Shown piece after piece: positions 16,830-25,800 of a DNA stretch of 32,000 bases. The DNA comes from Balneolaceae bacterium UBA7797 (GTDB lineage: Bacteria; Bacteroidota; Rhodothermia; Balneolales; Balneolaceae), in assembly GCA_002480645.1 (NCBI GenBank), contig DLCN01000003.1, positions 276,355-308,354 of the forward strand, read 5' to 3'. The translations under genes and the position numbers were made by a program. Below the pieces are notes generated by a model. The model ran no database searches and was not told the DNA's origin. It saw only the letters and a program-made list of their open reading frames with translations. Within the stretch, counting starts at the first letter, position 1. Each line of letters begins with the position of its first letter.

Positions 16830-17330
16830 TCAGATATAATCGATCTCAATTTTAAATTCGCCTCTGTAGTTTCCCGGTGCTGCATTTTCAAGATTTACTC
16901 TGCCGCCAACCCAGAAATAGAAACGACCCTCTGTATTAAATCGTTGAACTTCATCCTGATTCTCGATAATAATGGATGTAGCCTGTTCTTCGATATTATT
17001 TCTGGAGATCTCGTAAACAAAGGTCAGAGTCCCGGTTTCCTGTTGATTGGTGAGAGTAACTTCTTCGTTATAATCTAACCTGAATTCTGAACGGGGTGTT
17101 CCTATTGCGATCATGAACCCGGCATTGGTGTCCATGATCGGATTTACATAAAGTTCGGTTTGTCCCGGTCTTACCCGACCAAAGGTCATTGTATTTACCG
17201 TGATCAACTCGATGGTTTGAACCATCGTGGTCTTAACGCCAATATTAGCGGTGATCTCGGCAGATTTTTGAGCCTGAGCATCCGTAAAAGCGATGGTAAA
17301 TAATAAAAGTATCGTGAAGATATACTTCAT
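16830..17330 (-). CDS. DUF4402-like secreted subunit
   Basis: Signal peptide ...TDAQAQ; VQTIELITVNTMTFGRVRPGQ; RFYFWVGGRVNLENAAPGNYRGEFKIEIDYI. Confidence 0.78.
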   Translation of the reverse strand: MKYIFTILLLFTIAFTDAQAQKSAEITANIGVKTTMVQTIELITVNTMTFGRVRPGQTELYVNPIMDTNAGFMIAIGTPRSEFRLDYNEEVTLTNQQETGTLTFVYEISRNNIEEQATSIIIENQDEVQRFNTEGRFYFWVGGRVNLENAAPGNYRGEFKIEIDYI

Positions 17331-17385
17331 AAAATTGCCGGGAGAATCTTTTTGTATAAAGATTGCATTTACAACACTTTTAAGC

Positions 17386-17409
17386 CAGTTAATCTTTCTT
17401 AATTAACTG
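17386..17409. repeat. Perfect 8-bp inverted repeat CAGTTAAT-N8-ATTAACTG in an intergenic gap
   Basis: Read directly; lies between the stop of the 130-aa gene (17428) and the start of the first DUF4402-like gene (17330). Confidence 0.7.
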
Positions 17410-17427
17410 ATTGTAATTACTACCCCG

Positions 17428-17820
17428 TTACCAGGAGAAAGCGTTGAAGTAAAGAGGGGTCAGATCTATTTCCCGACCCTGTAATTGTAATGACCGTGGT
17501 AAGACCTCGGTTCTGGTCTGGCCATTTACCGTCATGAAATAATTGTAGGTAAGCGACTTATTTCGGTACCGACTTGAAAAATTTACTGTGATGGAATAGA
17601 CACTGTCAATTGGCTCATCGTCTACCATTACTAAACCTCTGGGATTATTAAGAGGGTAGAAGTCTCCTTTGATCTCCAGCACGTCTCCGCGTGATGGTAC
17701 AAAGACACTATCTTCCAGCTCAGATCTCATATCAACATTGAAGGTTATCTTTGACTGTGCGAAGGCAGAGCCTGAGATCAACAACGAGAATAGTAGCAAA
17801 AGTAATGCTCTGAATTTCAT
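17428..17820 (-). CDS. Small secreted beta-sandwich-like protein
   Basis: Signal peptide LLISGSAFAQ; ITFNVDMRSELEDSVFVPSRGDVLEIKGDFYPLNN resembles the FxVDM...VyvaGdF pattern of CBM20/CBM48-like modules in Bacteroidota secreted proteins. Confidence 0.6.
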   Translation of the reverse strand: MKFRALLLLLFSLLISGSAFAQSKITFNVDMRSELEDSVFVPSRGDVLEIKGDFYPLNNPRGLVMVDDEPIDSVYSITVNFSSRYRNKSLTYNYFMTVNGQTRTEVLPRSLQLQGREIDLTPLYFNAFSW

Positions 17821-17835
17821 GAAGATATTTTGTGA

Positions 17836-19368
17836 TTATTGCCCGGTAGTGGTTGTTGTTCCATCACTATCGTCCTTTTCCGTGGTGGTAGTAGCCGGAA
17901 CTTCTTTAACTTTATCTTTCCAATACACTACAGAGAATACGCTCTCACGAGGAAAAGCAGGGGGAATGTACCCTTTTAGACGGGCATCGTATTGATAGTT
18001 TTTTGAATACCCGGAAACCGCCTGATTGGTATTAGCATTAAAAGTACCAACCGGACCACGATTCTTTTGAACAATTCCACCAAATAGATTTATGGTGCCT
18101 TTTAGCCCCCCGGAACTGTTATTATAATTTTCAACATAGAAAGATGAATTCAGTGCCATGATGGAAGCCTGAATATCAATATCCTGCGTACCACTATCTC
18201 TGTGTGCATTCTGGTCAACAACAACATCACTTTCGCTTACAAGCCCCAAAATATCTGTAGTTACGCTATCCACTCTCGGATCGGTATAATAGGTGATGTC
18301 GCCAATGATATCGATGTCATCTTCGGCGTGTACAGTGATCTCACCTTTAACAATTCCTTTTACCTCAGCTTTACCGGAGGTAGAGATGATACCGTTAAAC
18401 TCGTTCATGGTATAGGATTCAGTTTCTTCAGATTCCACATTGTAGGTCCAGCAACCGAACCAACCGCAACGTACTTCCTGGGTTACGGTAGTAGTGATGA
18501 TGTCAACATATCCGAGCTCATCATCAGCGCTGAACATTACTTTAATGTCGTTATCGAAACGAAGCCCGCCATCGTCGGCAGCAGTAACGAGTTTTTCTAA
18601 TTCATAATTAGTCGGAGCTTCTTTTTCCGGTGCATTAAAGTTAGAACCTCCGTAGAAATTCGGGTTTGTCGGATTAGTTTCGTGAGCAACCCAATTATTC
18701 GGGCTGGTGATCAGACCATAAAACGTTGGGTCTCCGGACATTCTGAATGTTCCGTTTGTATGAATCGGACCGTAGATCTCATCCCCGCTAAAGAACCAGA
18801 TCTCCTGTCCATCAGCTCCCAGTTCAGATTGGGTCATGTATGCATACTTACTGAAAGAATCGCGCTGCATCAGAACCTCAGTTTTAACTTCCACATCCTG
18901 GAAAGTGGTGGCGCTTACGAAAAGGGCTTTGTACTGATCCCAGGTACCAACACTATTATCCGTTGGTATATTTTCACTGCTTTGTGTATATGTAGTTAAA
19001 AGGCCACTTACGGTTGTTCCAACCGTAGATACCACATTTGAATTATCATCAGCGGAATAATTGGCTGTTGATGTAATATTGCCAATAGTTCGGAGGGTTT
19101 TGTCGGTTAATGTACTTGTGAGGTTAGAAGTAATATCACTGACATTGGCTACCTCATTAATATCAATAGTACCCGTCCAGTCATTATCCTTTTTCATATG
19201 CTCGATAGCATTATCGATAAGACTCTTGGATAAATTTCTTGCCTGTTGTTCCTGATAATAACTGATCGTTTTTTCAGGGATGGTCTCCATACGTTTGGCA
19301 TTATTCACCTGTACAAGACCAGTGATAATTGTTAAGCCGCTAACTAGAAAAAGTAAACTTTTACCCAT
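17836..19368 (-). CDS. Membrane-anchored PilX-like/DUF4900-like protein (triad 2, component C)
   Basis: N-terminal TM MGKSLLFLVSGLTIITGLVQVNNAKRME; ARNLSKSLIDNAIEHMKKD; IWFFSGDEIYGPIHTNGTFRMSGDPTFYGLITSP. Confidence 0.6.
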   Translation of the reverse strand: MGKSLLFLVSGLTIITGLVQVNNAKRMETIPEKTISYYQEQQARNLSKSLIDNAIEHMKKDNDWTGTIDINEVANVSDITSNLTSTLTDKTLRTIGNITSTANYSADDNSNVVSTVGTTVSGLLTTYTQSSENIPTDNSVGTWDQYKALFVSATTFQDVEVKTEVLMQRDSFSKYAYMTQSELGADGQEIWFFSGDEIYGPIHTNGTFRMSGDPTFYGLITSPNNWVAHETNPTNPNFYGGSNFNAPEKEAPTNYELEKLVTAADDGGLRFDNDIKVMFSADDELGYVDIITTTVTQEVRCGWFGCWTYNVESEETESYTMNEFNGIISTSGKAEVKGIVKGEITVHAEDDIDIIGDITYYTDPRVDSVTTDILGLVSESDVVVDQNAHRDSGTQDIDIQASIMALNSSFYVENYNNSSGGLKGTINLFGGIVQKNRGPVGTFNANTNQAVSGYSKNYQYDARLKGYIPPAFPRESVFSVVYWKDKVKEVPATTTTEKDDSDGTTTTTGQ

Positions 19369-19377
19369 GACTACACC

Positions 19378-19962
19378 TCAGAAAGGTAAATTGATGTTAT
19401 TTGGAACAAATATCCTTTTCCAAACACTTTTAGGATATTCTTTCACTGAACTTGAAACGGAATAAGGTTCTCCGGTTTCTACAATAAGCTGAACCTCAAC
19501 CTGTCGAACAAATTCGGGATTGGATGTTTCGGTGCCATTTCCAGTGTAATACTTGAGCTGGAAAAAGGTCGCCGGAAATTTAATGGTACCGTATGAATTG
19601 GCACTGGTAGGCCCTACACGCTTCAGATAATAATCATTAGGATTAGAAGTGGTGGTAACCGGGTCGGAGGTATCGAGATACCATCTTACATTGGTTACCC
19701 CAAAATTATCGGTGTCGTGCGCATCAGATTGAAAGATGATATCGTCATCATCTATTCTTGAAAACGGATCAGAAGATCCGGTGTTAAAACCAATGCGATT
19801 AAAATCATTGGTCATAACCGTTACAATATCATTGATATTATTTTGATTGATGGAGTTTAGGGTAAGTTCCTGTGTGGTAAGTAATACCTGCTGGTTAAAA
19901 CTTAAAATGGAGATCAGGAAAATTCCACCTACTAAAAATGTTGTTACAATACCTACGTTCAT
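19378..19962 (-). CDS. Membrane-anchored PilW/GspJ-like pseudopilin-like protein (triad 2, component B)
   Basis: MNVGIVTTFLVGGIFLISILSF TM; VMTNDFNRIGFNTG; FPATFFQLKYYTGNG...FVRQVEVQLIVETG; aligns by eye to 21647..22261. Confidence 0.6.
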   Translation of the reverse strand: MNVGIVTTFLVGGIFLISILSFNQQVLLTTQELTLNSINQNNINDIVTVMTNDFNRIGFNTGSSDPFSRIDDDDIIFQSDAHDTDNFGVTNVRWYLDTSDPVTTTSNPNDYYLKRVGPTSANSYGTIKFPATFFQLKYYTGNGTETSNPEFVRQVEVQLIVETGEPYSVSSSVKEYPKSVWKRIFVPNNINLPF

Positions 19963-19971
19963 GCTTTCACC

Positions 19972-20391
19972 TTAGTAACTATATGATTTAACATAATTAA
20001 GGGTGATAAAGATATCGGGATCGAAAGTGGTGTTTACCACTGTTACCCCAACCTGATAGCGACGTATTGAACCGTCATCTTCGATCATTTCCGATTCTGC
20101 ATACAAGTAAAAATCATCGGAATACTGATCACTTGAGCCATAATTATAAGTGATCGTTTTCGGGTAATCACTGTAAATATAGCGTCCATCATCCGGGTCG
20201 AGCTCTTCTTCAGCATAGATCCACTGAACCTTGTCCAATTCATCCTGTGCGATAGCAATAGCCCTGTATTCGGCTTCAGCTCTGTAAAGAGTCTGCCGGG
20301 ACTGGTTATAGCTCCGGGATGTATTTATGGCCAGCATGGAGAAGACCATCATGGCAGCCGTTAAAAAGATTATTTCAGCGTAGCTCGACAT
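19972..20391 (-). CDS. Membrane-anchored PilV/GspI-like pseudopilin-like protein (triad 2, component A)
   Basis: MSSYAEIIFLTAAMMVFSMLAINTSRS TM; AEAEYRAIAIAQDELDKVQ; aligns by eye to 22267..22770. Confidence 0.6.
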   Translation of the reverse strand: MSSYAEIIFLTAAMMVFSMLAINTSRSYNQSRQTLYRAEAEYRAIAIAQDELDKVQWIYAEEELDPDDGRYIYSDYPKTITYNYGSSDQYSDDFYLYAESEMIEDDGSIRRYQVGVTVVNTTFDPDIFITLNYVKSYSY

Positions 20392-20525
20392 TTTCAGAGT
20401 TTATTATATTTGAAAATACTCAATGTTCGCCCCTTATGTAATTAGACTGTATTAATTAAAATAATCTAAAAAAGCTATTTAAGTCTGCTAAAATTACCAA
20501 TCAGCTCCTAAAATGAAAAGGGCGG

Positions 20526-21635
20526 CTATTCAAAGGTACTTACCAGATTATACCGGTTCTGTTTTAAGTGATTTGCAGATGCCGTTCTTGCATAATCAAT
20601 GGCTAAACAATCATATTGGATATGGATGTTTCCACTCAGGTCCACATCCAGTGTGTTATTATTGTCGTCAGTATTTCCGATCAGAACTGACCCGTTAAGA
20701 TCTGGAGTACCTTTACCATCGAAGTCGAACGCATTTTCGAATACGATCAAACCGTTGAATGTAAAGTTACCGGCTACAGAAAGCGCCCCTTCATACTCCA
20801 GTTCTCCGCCGGAACGGATAACCAAAATTCCATAACCATCAGAGATACCACCCGTTAACTTTGCATAAGATTCTACAAAAAATATACCCGGATCGTCCGC
20901 AGAACCAAATTCCCCCTTATAATTCCCGCTGATGTGCTGAACTCCGGGTTGACCGGCAAGTCGTGCAATTAATTCATCTACCGGCTTGTAGGAGATGTCC
21001 GGATCGATGGAAATCTTATCAACGCTACTTTCCAGGTCACCATACTTACCGAATGCACCGGTTGTTACTTCCGCATAGCTGGAAAGATCAGGAACCGTGA
21101 TCGCGGGAATATCGGGACAGGTGCCACTGGCATCGTTTCCACTAATGGATGAGCTGCCTCCCATGCTAAAAGTGAAATTATCAGAGGCAAAGCCTAATCC
21201 GCCTTTTGGTTCGGGAACGAAATTCAACGCTGATTTAATGTAAGTACTGATCACCGTATGACTGGTGGAAGAGCTTTTGTATGAGGCTGAGCCTTTGGTT
21301 CCTTGTCCTCCGTACCAGGAAGTACTGTAAATTCTTATGGTATCCGGATCTAATATGGTTGCGCCTGCTGCTATCACATCATAATAAAGTTCAGTGTACG
21401 CTCCGTCGATCTCGTTTTCCCAGGGATTATTCACACTCGGCGACCAGGACGGATCCTGATTGATCTTTTCCATTGCCAATTGAATGGCACTGTGAGCTGT
21501 ATTCTTTGACTGTATCTCTTTGGCGTATTCAGAGGTGAGGCGTTGTACACGTTCTCGTTGGCTGTACATGCCGAGCCGGATGATCCCCAGCACCATGATT
21601 GCGCCAACCGATAAAATTACCATTCCACGTCCCAT
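20526..21635 (-). CDS. Membrane-anchored PilX-like protein (triad 1, component C)
   Basis: MGRGMVILSVGAIMVLGIIRLGMYSQRERVQRLTSEYAKEIQSKNTAHSAIQLAMEKINQDPSWSP; C-terminal beta-helical-looking region YGILVIRSGGELEYEGALSVAGNFTFNGLIVFENAFDFDGKGTPDLNGSVLIG. Confidence 0.6.
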   Translation of the reverse strand: MGRGMVILSVGAIMVLGIIRLGMYSQRERVQRLTSEYAKEIQSKNTAHSAIQLAMEKINQDPSWSPSVNNPWENEIDGAYTELYYDVIAAGATILDPDTIRIYSTSWYGGQGTKGSASYKSSSTSHTVISTYIKSALNFVPEPKGGLGFASDNFTFSMGGSSSISGNDASGTCPDIPAITVPDLSSYAEVTTGAFGKYGDLESSVDKISIDPDISYKPVDELIARLAGQPGVQHISGNYKGEFGSADDPGIFFVESYAKLTGGISDGYGILVIRSGGELEYEGALSVAGNFTFNGLIVFENAFDFDGKGTPDLNGSVLIGNTDDNNNTLDVDLSGNIHIQYDCLAIDYARTASANHLKQNRYNLVSTFE

Positions 21636-21646
21636 AGAACTACTCC

Positions 21647-22261
21647 TTAGTTATCCCGAAGGTTTACTGGTGAGAATCTTTTCGTCCATGAGGTGCTTAC
21701 GTATGAGTCGTTTGAAAAACTATTACGTTTTAAGCCCACAGAACTCTGTGTATTCATGATTATCTCGATCTGAGTGATAGAATCAATCGTGGATTTTGCA
21801 GTTTTTGCATAGATGGGAGTCGGGAGCGGGGTAGTGCTTCCTAGGGATGAATAATACCGGATCTCGAAATCAACAACACCAGTATTCATTTCAACGGTAC
21901 TGCCATTTACTGTTCTTTTAAGAACAAAATCGTTTGGGTTTGGTGTGGATGTGACGGAATCACTTGTAAACTCCCACCGGATCAATTCAAGGGATTCATC
22001 CGCACTGTTGTCTATATTGGCATAGAATTCAATAAAATCATCCCCCGCAGCTCTGATCAGGGTGTCCGGTAATGAATTCCGGTTATAACCGATCTTCGGA
22101 AAATCGTAGGTAAGAGTCTCGACAACTTCTGAGACTTTAGTTTTTTGGATTTCCTGAAGTGTTAATTCATTTCCGCTAAAGTTAGTGTTATAGCCAACTG
22201 TGGTAATGATCACGATCAGAAATCCTGCAATGATATAGCTGAGTATTAATCCAAAGTTCAT
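21647..22261 (-). CDS. Membrane-anchored PilW/GspJ-like pseudopilin-like protein (triad 1, component B)
   Basis: MNFGLILSYIIAGFLIVIITTVGYN TM; ETLTYDFPKIGYNRN; GVVDFEIRYYSSLG...ITQIEIIMNTQS. Confidence 0.6.
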   Translation of the reverse strand: MNFGLILSYIIAGFLIVIITTVGYNTNFSGNELTLQEIQKTKVSEVVETLTYDFPKIGYNRNSLPDTLIRAAGDDFIEFYANIDNSADESLELIRWEFTSDSVTSTPNPNDFVLKRTVNGSTVEMNTGVVDFEIRYYSSLGSTTPLPTPIYAKTAKSTIDSITQIEIIMNTQSSVGLKRNSFSNDSYVSTSWTKRFSPVNLRDN

Positions 22262-22266
22262 AGTGA

Positions 22267-22770
22267 TCAGTCAGCGTAAAAGCTTCGAAGAAACTTAAAA
22301 TGATAGTTGTTTGCAGAGCCGTTATTCTCCAGTATGTCGGAAGAAATAGTGATCTCCATTATTTTAAGTGTCGAAAAGCTATTAATCACATTCGATCCGT
22401 CATAATAATCAACAGAGATCGACACTTCGTAATCAACACCACCTGAAGTAGTGATTGTTTGGGTCCAGCCATCATAGTCATCAAAATCATCGAAATTTGC
22501 GCGGGTAGCTTCTCCGGCTTCAGGGCCCAGATTTGCGGTAAATCCTGAAGGTATATTAACCGGAACTCCACCATCGGTGGTTTCTTCATCAAAGGTAGTG
22601 GAACGGGATTCATCTATAAAATCCTGAGCAATGGCAATGACCTGATCCTCCAGTTCTCCCTCGACCATACTTTGGGTGTTGGTGATAATAGCCCGGTTCG
22701 AGTTCATAACAAGAAATGAAACCAGAATTAATGCTAAGATTGTTTGAAGTATTTCAGTGTATCCACTCAT
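22267..22770 (-). CDS. Membrane-anchored PilV/GspI-like pseudopilin-like protein (triad 1, component A)
   Basis: MSGYTEILQTILALILVSFLVMNSNRAI TM; EGELEDQVIAIAQDFIDESRSTTFDEET. Confidence 0.6.
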   Translation of the reverse strand: MSGYTEILQTILALILVSFLVMNSNRAIITNTQSMVEGELEDQVIAIAQDFIDESRSTTFDEETTDGGVPVNIPSGFTANLGPEAGEATRANFDDFDDYDGWTQTITTSGGVDYEVSISVDYYDGSNVINSFSTLKIMEITISSDILENNGSANNYHFKFLRSFYAD

Positions 22771-22809
22771 ACAGTATAATACGATGCCTCAAATGACTTG
22801 GATTGTTCT

Positions 22810-22840
22810 ATTATATTAAAAAATTTTAATATTAAGTCAA
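22810..22840 (-). promoter_or_regulatory. Possible sigma70-like promoter (TTGACT-N19-TATAAT) upstream of triad 1, overlapping an AT-rich palindrome
   Basis: - strand TTGACT (22840-22835), 19-nt spacer, TATAAT (22815-22810). The spacer is longer than ideal. Confidence 0.35.
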
Positions 22841-22894
22841 GTTAATTTATTGAAAGAGGCAGCGACAGAAGGGAATGTTACAAATCGATCTGAA

Positions 22895-25800
22895 TTATTT
22901 TATGAGAGTGAATCGTTTAACGATATTCTTTGAATCGGTAACCAATCGATAGAAATATACACCACTTGCCAGATTATCTGCCCGGAAGGTAACTTCATAT
23001 TTTCCGGGGTTTTTGATCTCATTTACCAGTGTTTTTACTTTCCTTCCCAGAATATCATAAACAATCAGAGATACATTGGTATTGGTATCTACTCCATAGG
23101 GTATGATAGTGGAAGGGTTGAACGGATTAGGGTAATTCTGATCGAGGTATACTTCGGTTGGTACATTCGATTCTATCTCTTCCGTACTGATCTTCAGGGT
23201 AAATCTGGTCGATTTGGAATCAGCTTTCTTCATAATAGAAGAACTTTTATACCGGGGATTAGCTGAGTATAATTTTGTTTTGGTTGTATGGAAGAAGGTA
23301 TAGGATAATTCTTCCATTACATTGATCTCGGTACCGGTATCATTATCAACGAGAGTGATCACCCAATCCGCAGGGATATTTCTCAACCCACTCCACTTAA
23401 TGGTCATTTCTCCGGAGTACGGATCTCCTCCTTCGTAGGCATTAAGCTGAATCGGGATAAAATACCGGCTATCAAAATCGAATGGCAAGTTGTTGATCGC
23501 TAATTCAGTACCGTCATCAAGGAGTGTGTAAAATTCAATATGCGAACTGGACAAGGGGAGAAGTCGGTACGCATCGTAGGTATCTTTGCCAGTAGCAGCC
23601 TCATCAGAGAACATGATATTGGTTCTTTTAGAACGACCGGCATCAGATTCGACCATTAATTGAAGGATAGGTATACCGGCGATCTTCTCTTTACTCTTTG
23701 TGGTATCCTGTGATTGAATGTCATCGGTGGATGCAGTTTTTCTCATAAAACTACCACCGGTGGTCTTGGCCTCTTTCTTAACTTTAAGTACCGGGCTATT
23801 GCCATTTGCTTTTACCCAGAAGCCCTGGAATGGAGCGATCAAACCACCGCCCGGATGTGTTCCCGTAACTCCGTTCCATGTCAGATATTCGCCACTGCCA
23901 CCGTTAGCTGATGGATCCCAGATATAAATAGTTGATTCAACATTGGTCTTCGTCCAGTTCGGTGAATCGTCCCAATCGATGGTTGCCAGATATGGGTTCC
24001 CAACCAGGTTCCAGCCGGAATCGGCCGAAGTGGTGTATGTGATACCAAAATCAACTTCAGCACCATCTCCTCTGAAAGCACGTCCTTCAACATCTAAGGT
24101 ATCCGGAAGCGGGTCGTTGTAAAGTGGGTCGGCAGGAATATCACCAAACAGATAAACGAACATACCCTGACCTTCAGTAACTTTTTGGGAAGTACTGGTT
24201 GGAGTACGGTACCGCTGATTATCTGTTCCGGCATAACTTTCTACATAGGTCAACACATTTGGTTGGAGAGTGTCTCCCGGGTTTGAACCTGTGCTGTAAA
24301 AAGCTCCGGAATAACCCTGAGTTATGATTCCATCGAGAAAATCTCCATACGTGGTATCCAGCGGGGAAGATATGATGCGCCATCCGCGGGATCCCTGGAA
24401 TCTGCGTTGCATTCGCACCGTTCCGGTACCATATAACTCATAATTGCTTACTAAGTTTGTTCCGCTTGGCATGAACAGGGTGCCCGAGGTAAGCTTCAAG
24501 GTGTCGTTAACGATCAGATTACTGAAGAAATCAGCACCGTTAGAATTATCGAGTTCAAGGTTGGAGTACTCGTTCGGACTTGTAACATCCTGATTGGTGG
24601 TTCCATTCAGGATCACAAAACCGAGTGTCACATCAGAAACATCAAAATTACCACCTATCGACAGAGAATCTGTATTACTGCCGGTTATTGAACCACCGCC
24701 GGAAGCTTTATCAGTTACTACAAAATGAATTCCTCCTGAAACAGTAACGGAAGCACCGGATTCAATTGATATCAGCTCGATGGTTGTATTTGTTGAGCTG
24801 ATCACCGGTTGTTCATTACCAACAGATGGATTTGCCGGAATAAGGATCTTATCGCCGGATACAGGGACACTATTTGTTGACCAGTTGGAATTATCATCCC
24901 AGTTTCTGGCATCGGTAACGGTACCAACCTGAGATTGCCATACATTATCAAATTCAGCGAATTCTACGGTTGCCTCGTCGTTTATGGCGCCCCCGTTCAG
25001 CGTTCCGGAAATAGTAGCAATTCCTGCAGCGATCGATGAGGTTAAAGTGGCAGAGTAAGTACCATCACCATTATTTGTTACTGATCCGAGTGTGCCATCC
25101 GTAGTTGATAGTGCAATGGTCGACGGGCTGGTTGTTAAATTGTTCTCGTAATGATCTTTAAGCTGTACGGTAATGGTTGAAGTTGAGAAACCATCGTTTT
25201 GAATGATCGTGGGATTCGCAGTGATAGTTGTTGTTGAAGCATCAGCTGACCCCGGACTTACAACAAAGGTATTACTTGTACCGGTTTCAGATCCTGAGGA
25301 ATTCGTTGCCGTGATAGTACAGGTTCCCGTACTGGTGATCATCATCGATTTTGGAGTGAGCACGCCACTCGTAAATGCTGCTGAGGTTCCCTGGCCAACA
25401 CCAATATCACAGTTTGAAGTAACCACAACGGTCCCTGTAAAGCTGGTTACGGTATCCTGAAGCCCATCTGCTGCAATTATACTGATGTTAAATGTCTGTC
25501 CGGCTAATTTATCAGAGATATTACCGGAAGGTACCCGCTGAATAATAAACTGTGTAAGCTCGCCGGCAGTAACTACATCAAACTCTGTACTTGTTGTATC
25601 TGTAAGACCGGAACTCGAAGCTGTAAGTGTATAAGTACCGATTGCATCCACGTTGATGTCGTCGAATTCGGCAATACCGAACAGATTCGTTTGTTCAGTT
25701 GTGGTTCCTGCTAAACTGCCTGATCCGCTTACCTGATTGAGAGCCAGACTGATATCGACCCTGCTTTCCTCTACTGCGTTTCCATATTGATCGATCAGCT

